A DNA stretch of 10,753 bases, taken from contig CAYQPU010000039.1 in NCBI GenBank assembly GCA_964419615.1, positions 1 to 10,753 of the forward strand, written 5' to 3'. A program made the translations under genes and the position numbers. This DNA comes from an uncultured Methanosarcinales archaeon. Lineage in GTDB: Archaea; Nanobdellota; Nanobdellia; Woesearchaeales; JAGVZT01. Position 1 is the stretch's first letter. Each line of letters begins with the position of its first letter. Shown here piece after piece: positions 6,704-10,753 of this stretch. Below the pieces are notes generated by a model. It did not search any database and was not told where the DNA came from. It was given only the letters and a program-made list of their open reading frames with translations.

Positions 6704-7576
6704 ATGGATATTCTTAATGGAACATTTATTAGAACCGGAATTACAGATCCACAAGTGAGGGAATTAACATGTTCTGATGAAGCTTTTGTTAATATTGATA
6801 ATGGCAGAGAAACTGTTACTGGAAGAGCATCAAAGTTGGCTGATCCTTCTGACGGTTCTTTTGATTACTCAGACGAATTCATGCAAGATTATTGTAGATG
6901 GAATCAGGGAGATGCAGTTATTATTAGATCTATGAGATTTGTGCCCCCTTTTTTGCGAAAAATTAACTTTGTTCACCAATACCAGACAGCTTTTCCCGAA
7001 AGAACAGTAAGGGCAATGCTTAAAACAGAGGGCTGGGAGAATATGGAACCAGATGCTGGATCTTTTGAAGGTGCTGTTAAGAGCTATATGAATATTCCAG
7101 GATATGAAGAAAGGATTGATGATTCTGGAATATATGCTATCGGCCTAGAAGATATGAAGATCTGGCCCATGCAAATGCCAATGGAGATTTTTTATACTTT
7201 TGTTAATCTAGAAAGGCCTTGTGAAGGTAGAGCTTTGGGCCCCGAAGTGCAAAAGAATTATCAAAATATGAATAGAGGCGACATTCTAGCCATGTATACC
7301 CCTCAAGAACCAGATTCTGCCTATCTTGCTTGGATTACTTATGTTAATTTGTACAAAACTCTAGATGAAATGCTTGTTTCTGAAGGTTTAAACGCGCTTG
7401 TGCCAGGTATCGAGAGTTTGGATGAAGCTAGGGATCTGTATTTGCAGTTTTACATACCTGAAAGAATCCAAGAGCATGGCATGGCTGCAATAGGCATAGG
7501 AGGCCAGATTCCTGAAAACTTGCATTTGAACCTTTCTGGCCTAAAAATAATGGGTTATGAAAATAATCATGAATAA
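6704..7576 (+). CDS. Tandem ASCH (PUA-like) domain protein
   Basis: Two internally homologous halves (about aa 18-148 and 152-265) share GRA, YxxxNxGD, MLxxEGxxxxxP and ERIxxxGxxAIG. Each resembles the ASCH subfamily pattern GxKxxEGR...GD...EGLxxxxPGxxSxxExxxxYxxFY...GxxAI. Confidence 0.72.
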   Translation: MDILNGTFIRTGITDPQVRELTCSDEAFVNIDNGRETVTGRASKLADPSDGSFDYSDEFMQDYCRWNQGDAVIIRSMRFVPPFLRKINFVHQYQTAFPERTVRAMLKTEGWENMEPDAGSFEGAVKSYMNIPGYEERIDDSGIYAIGLEDMKIWPMQMPMEIFYTFVNLERPCEGRALGPEVQKNYQNMNRGDILAMYTPQEPDSAYLAWITYVNLYKTLDEMLVSEGLNALVPGIESLDEARDLYLQFYIPERIQEHGMAAIGIGGQIPENLHLNLSGLKIMGYENNHE

Positions 7577-7595
7577 TTTTTCTTTGTTTTTTATT
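7577..7595 (+). terminator. Oligo(T) archaeal-type terminator
   Basis: TTTTTCTTTGTTTTTTATT directly follows the TAA of the ASCH gene. Confidence 0.5.
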
Positions 7596-7960
7596 GAAAA
7601 TTTATTTAAAAAATTGTTAATTTATACACTGGAGAACACAATAAATAGTTTAAGTATTGCTTAAAAATTTTCATCCAATTTGTAGTTTAAAATATATACT
7701 TTCAAACCCAAGCATTACTTAAAGCATATTTGAATATATTTATTATAATATATATTTTAAAGATCTTAATTTCCTCCAAAAATTTTGCACATAATAATTT
7801 TCAATACTGAAAAAATAAAAAGTGAGAGTTAAAATATTATTTTCAAAATTTCGAATATATCTCAAACATCTACTGTGCAAAAACCCGTAATTTTTAACAA
7901 AAAAAACATACTTTAATATGTAAGAAACTGTATGTTTTCATATATGCTTTTGGATATATA

Positions 7961-7974
7961 GGAAAGTTTAAATA
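7961..7974 (+). promoter_or_regulatory. Archaeal BRE-TATA promoter (GGAAAG-TTTAAATA)
   Basis: TTTAAATA at 7967-7974 is preceded by a purine-rich BRE-like element and lies 23-30 nt upstream of the ATG at 7997, which suggests a leaderless mRNA. Confidence 0.65.
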
Positions 7975-7996
7975 GAAAGTTGGATTGCCTTTTTAT

Positions 7997-8185
7997 ATGG
8001 CAAGAGCATACAAAATCTTTAGAAAATGTAAGGGTTGTAATAAGAAATTTCTTGTCAAACACAAGCTAAGATTGTACTGTGATGATTGTAGGCAAAAAAC
8101 AGAAGATAAAAAGAAAAAAAGAGTAATAAAAAGGTTGTTAAAAAACCAACCAAGAAAAAAAAGAAGAAATGAATTCTACTATTAA
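7997..8185 (+). CDS. Small basic zinc-ribbon protein (62 aa, CxxC-x13-CxxC)
   Basis: MARAYKIFRKCKGCNKKFLVKHKLRLYCDDC... with a Lys/Arg-rich tail. The ATG at 7997 is preferred over the TTG at 7985 because it fits the BRE-TATA spacing. Confidence 0.6.
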   Translation: MARAYKIFRKCKGCNKKFLVKHKLRLYCDDCRQKTEDKKKKRVIKRLLKNQPRKKRRNEFYY

Positions 8186-8474
8186 AGAAGGCTGCCCTAT
8201 ATGTAAGGGAGATGTTAAAGGCAGTAAAAAAGCCAAGTTTTATTGCAAGAAATGTAACATATTATATTCTTATGAATCCTTGTATGCATCTGGAAAAGTG
8301 AAAAGTGAGGATAAGAAAGTTAAATTAGTTGGTAGTAAGAATTCAAACAAATTTCACAAAGATATATGCATAGGGGTTAGAAATCTAAAAAGTGAGAATA
8401 AGGTCTTTTTTGCTGATGAAAAAGAAGCAAAGAAAAAAGGGTATGTTGCTTGTGCTAAGTGTTACCCAAAATAA
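8169..8474 (+). CDS. Zinc-ribbon plus Ada metal-binding-domain protein (101 aa)
   Basis: N-terminal CPIC-x13-CKKC. The C-terminal SKNSNKFHKDIC...ENKVFFADEKEAKKKGYVACAKCYP matches the Ada N-terminal Zn-binding pattern (…CRPSC…ENVxFFxxxxEAxxAGFRPCKRCxP). Confidence 0.8.
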   Translation: MNSTIKEGCPICKGDVKGSKKAKFYCKKCNILYSYESLYASGKVKSEDKKVKLVGSKNSNKFHKDICIGVRNLKSENKVFFADEKEAKKKGYVACAKCYPK

Positions 8475-9175
8475 CTCAACTTCTTAGCATCTCTAACTTT
8501 AGAAGCTTTATTTGTTGATTCTACTAAACCTTTGAGTTTTTCCTCGAATTTCTTTGCAGTTTCAAGTAATGGGGCTGTGTCAACATCAATGTTTAAGTAT
8601 TGATCTAGTACTTCAATTACCTTTGCAGCTGCCTTACTATCTGGCATTTTGGTTGTTGCTTCTGCAAATACACAACTCATAGGGAATTTTTCTACTTTCA
8701 GTAAAAGTGCAGATGTTACACCCATGATTATACCTTCTCCCAAGGATTGAATTCCCATTTTTTCAAATTGTTTTTGTTTTTGTTTATTGTTTGCAAAAAA
8801 GAATGTTCGTGATTTTCCTGATGGTTTAGCTGTTCCAACTCCTTCTATACTGATGATTTCTTTTGCATCTAATTCTTTTGCTAAATCAACGATTTCATCT
8901 GCAATTTTCCATTCAAGTCCTTGACCAGAATTGATGGCATGAATAATTACTAAGTTGTGTTTTTTGTTATAGAATATTCCGAATGGTTCAACTAGTTTAT
9001 TGTCATGTATTGCCACCATTGCAGGTGCTTCTTTGAATAGTATTCGTCCGATTCTTTCTGTCTCTAGATGTTCAAGTAAGTATTCTGTTGTGATTGTCCC
9101 AACTAGTCCAAATCCAGGAAAGCCCTCGATGATTATTGGATTTTTGGGTTTTTTATCAAGTTTGAATTTTGCCAT
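8462..9175 (-). CDS. PAC2 family proteasome assembly chaperone (PbaA/PbaB-like), 237 aa
   Basis: Hallmark IIIEGFPGFGLVGTITTEYLLEHL, IISIEGVG, GIIMGVTSALL, PDSKAAAKVIEVL and LLETAKKFEEKL. The start is moved from 9223 to the ATG at 9175 because a BRE-TATA sits 22-28 nt upstream of it. Confidence 0.88.
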   Translation of the reverse strand: MAKFKLDKKPKNPIIIEGFPGFGLVGTITTEYLLEHLETERIGRILFKEAPAMVAIHDNKLVEPFGIFYNKKHNLVIIHAINSGQGLEWKIADEIVDLAKELDAKEIISIEGVGTAKPSGKSRTFFFANNKQKQKQFEKMGIQSLGEGIIMGVTSALLLKVEKFPMSCVFAEATTKMPDSKAAAKVIEVLDQYLNIDVDTAPLLETAKKFEEKLKGLVESTNKASKVRDAKKLSYFG

Positions 9176-9196
9176 AAAGTGACAATTAGAATAGTG

Positions 9197-9212
9197 TTTT
9201 AAATATCTTTCG
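9197..9212 (-). promoter_or_regulatory. Archaeal BRE-TATA promoter for PAC2
   Basis: Minus strand reads CGAAAGATA-TTTAAAA, with the box 22-28 nt upstream of the ATG at 9175. Confidence 0.6.
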
Positions 9213-9253
9213 AATCGTATCAATGATCTGTTCCCAGAGCTTCATAGAAAGAA

Positions 9254-10753
9254 TTAATTAGTAATCCGTGTTAGTTCTGATAATGGAATTTGCATTCCAC
9301 CATATACTTGAGGTGGAGTTGAGGGATCTCTTGTATGATTAAAAAATATTCCTGGTAAGGTTTGCTCTTCTACAGGTGTTCCCTGTGCAAAATAGAATTG
9401 AGATCCTGCATTGAAAATCTCAGGTGACATGTGTAAATTTTGCCAGGTTTCTAATTGTTCTTTCATGTTTCCTTGCGTGACTAAACTGCAGTATTTACCG
9501 GCGCATATAACTGCTGCACCAACATCCTCATTTCCAACTACCAAAGGTGATTCAAGTGTTGCAGGATATGCATAAGTTTGATCTTCGTGTCTTACAACAA
9601 TGTACCATTCATGACTTAGTCCCTGTAAATATCCATAGTTTGAGTCAGGATAAAATATGTCTCTTAGTTCTCCATTAACAGTGTAATAGTCTTTGCCATC
9701 TGAACTGATGAGTGCATTGATTTCAGGATGATAAGTTGCATCAGGTATTGTTCTTTGTAAAACATCTCCAAGGTGTGCTTCATCTGCTGTTAGGAAAGTT
9801 GATCTATCTATATCATTTGTTGATACATTATGATCGGATTTTCTGTCTTCAATTTTCTTTGCAGTACATTTACCATCACCAATTGTGTGCTTGGTATTGG
9901 TGAAGACTCGTCCCCCATCTAAAATACTTGAACCAACACACGCAGAATCTGCACAATAATTTGACCATGCTCCTGAACTTTCCAGCATTGATCTTGCACT
10001 TGCATTAACAGACCATACTTCAGGTAAGTTAGTTGTATCTAAATTTGGATTACATAAGGCCAAGAATCCATCTTTGGAAAAATATGGTTCCCAATCAGAA
10101 ACTAGGTCTGAAATCTCCTCACCAATGTGGGCCTCAAGAAAAAAACCATAATAATCATCTGGTGCTGGACCTATTCCTCCAAATCCATCTGTTCTGCACA
10201 TTAGCATTCCATCATATTGCTCCATGAGTTGACTTATGTGAAGTTCACCTGTACAAACAAGGTCTCCATGCAAAGTAACAAACATTGATTGAGTAGGAGC
10301 ACTTTGATAAGTTGATGTAAATGAAGGTAGTATTTGAGGTGCTGCTTCACTAGTCTTTGTGGGAACTGGTGTATTGGTTGGTATTTGTGTACTAGGCTCT
10401 TTCACTATAGGTGCAACTGTGTTTGGAGGTCTTGGTGTGTCTGAGGGATTTGGTTTAGGAGTATTAGTAGGATAAGATGTTAATGTGGGGTAATCAGTTG
10501 GCCAGTCTGTACTTGTGGCATAAAATATTTCCTCTGTTGGTTCATAAGTTGCAGTATCCACTGATGCCGGTCTAGGAGTTGAAGAAGGAAACTCAGAATC
10601 TTCTTCCAAACCAGTTACAGTGGATGAAGGAAAGTAGGTTGTGAGTGGATTTTCCCATGTTGCAGTTAAACGATCTGTTGGTTGAGATGTTTCAAAATCA
10701 CATGCTAAAATGCCTGTAAACAAAGCTGCCACAGGTAATAAAAGGAGTAAAGG
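9254..10753 (-). CDS. Secreted lipoprotein with Pro/Thr/Ser-rich linker and uncharacterised Cys-containing C-terminal domain; 5'-truncated
   Basis: The frame is open to the window edge, giving ...PLLLLLPVAALFTGILA-CDFETS, a hydrophobic signal h-region followed by an ILA-C lipobox (Cys codon 10700-10702). About 135 aa of low-complexity P/T/S sequence follow. The GTG at 10732 is internal to the signal peptide. Confidence 0.7.
   Translation of the reverse strand, partial: PLLLLLPVAALFTGILACDFETSQPTDRLTATWENPLTTYFPSSTVTGLEEDSEFPSSTPRPASVDTATYEPTEEIFYATSTDWPTDYPTLTSYPTNTPKPNPSDTPRPPNTVAPIVKEPSTQIPTNTPVPTKTSEAAPQILPSFTSTYQSAPTQSMFVTLHGDLVCTGELHISQLMEQYDGMLMCRTDGFGGIGPAPDDYYGFFLEAHIGEEISDLVSDWEPYFSKDGFLALCNPNLDTTNLPEVWSVNASARSMLESSGAWSNYCADSACVGSSILDGGRVFTNTKHTIGDGKCTAKKIEDRKSDHNVSTNDIDRSTFLTADEAHLGDVLQRTIPDATYHPEINALISSDGKDYYTVNGELRDIFYPDSNYGYLQGLSHEWYIVVRHEDQTYAYPATLESPLVVGNEDVGAAVICAGKYCSLVTQGNMKEQLETWQNLHMSPEIFNAGSQFYFAQGTPVEEQTLPGIFFNHTRDPSTPPQVYGGMQIPLSELTRITN

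Noticed and set aside
7626-7636. TCCAGTG (minus strand) resembling an archaeal ORB core in the AT-rich 420-nt spacer
   Set aside because: A single 7-nt partial match, with no repeated ORBs and no orc1/cdc6 nearby.
5555-7772. 11-bp direct repeat GATCTTAATTT (5555-5565 and 7762-7772) flanking recombinase + ASCH, as a possible att core or target duplication
   Set aside because: At about 21% GC the per-base match probability is about 0.33, so roughly 0.5 matches of 11 nt or more are expected by chance between a 311-nt and a 420-nt spacer. Not significant without comparative data.
5458-7829. 11-bp inverted repeat ACTCTCACTTT (5458-5468) / AAAGTGAGAGT (7819-7829) as terminal inverted repeats
   Set aside because: Same chance expectation as the direct repeat, with no transposase and no target-site duplication.
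7783-7882. TTTTGCACA / TGTGCAAAA 9-bp inverted pair
   Set aside because: The intervening 82 nt do not pair consistently, so there is no convincing hairpin, attC site or ncRNA.
9000-9182. 60-aa plus-strand ORF
   Set aside because: Antisense shadow of PAC2.
9176-9223. N-terminal extension MIRFERYLKHYSNCHF of the PAC2 ORF
   Set aside because: It overlaps the BRE-TATA element, and the PAC2-like sequence begins at MAKFKLDKKPKNP.
10033-10227. 64-aa plus-strand ORF
   Set aside because: Antisense shadow of the lipoprotein gene.

Overview
AT-rich, gene-dense window that looks archaeal, most likely DPANN (Woesearchaeota-like). This is inferred from BRE/TATA boxes 22-30 nt upstream of several ATGs, an AGGTGA Shine-Dalgarno, a PAC2 proteasome-chaperone gene and a XerA-type recombinase. 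Left half (1-5397): a surface-glycosylation locus of three related multi-pass GT-C (PMT/ArnT-like) glycosyltransferases converging on a radical SAM enzyme with a Twitch/SPASM-type tail. Two of the glycosyltransferases are tandem paralogues sharing a 110-nt block at 93% DNA identity. Middle (5709-7576): a complete tyrosine recombinase. 23 nt upstream of its start lies a 28-bp 11-6-11 inverted-repeat site resembling both dif (19/28 to E. coli dif) and loxP (26/34). A lysine-poor tandem-ASCH protein follows divergently. Right: two overlapping small basic Zn-finger genes (one with an Ada-type domain), PAC2, and a 5'-truncated Pro/Thr-rich lipoprotein. The strongest candidates for undescribed systems are the recombinase + dif/lox-like site (+ ASCH neighbour) and the GT-C + radical SAM locus. 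No rRNA, tRNA, CRISPR array or transposase was recognised. All family assignments come from motif recognition by eye, not database searches.
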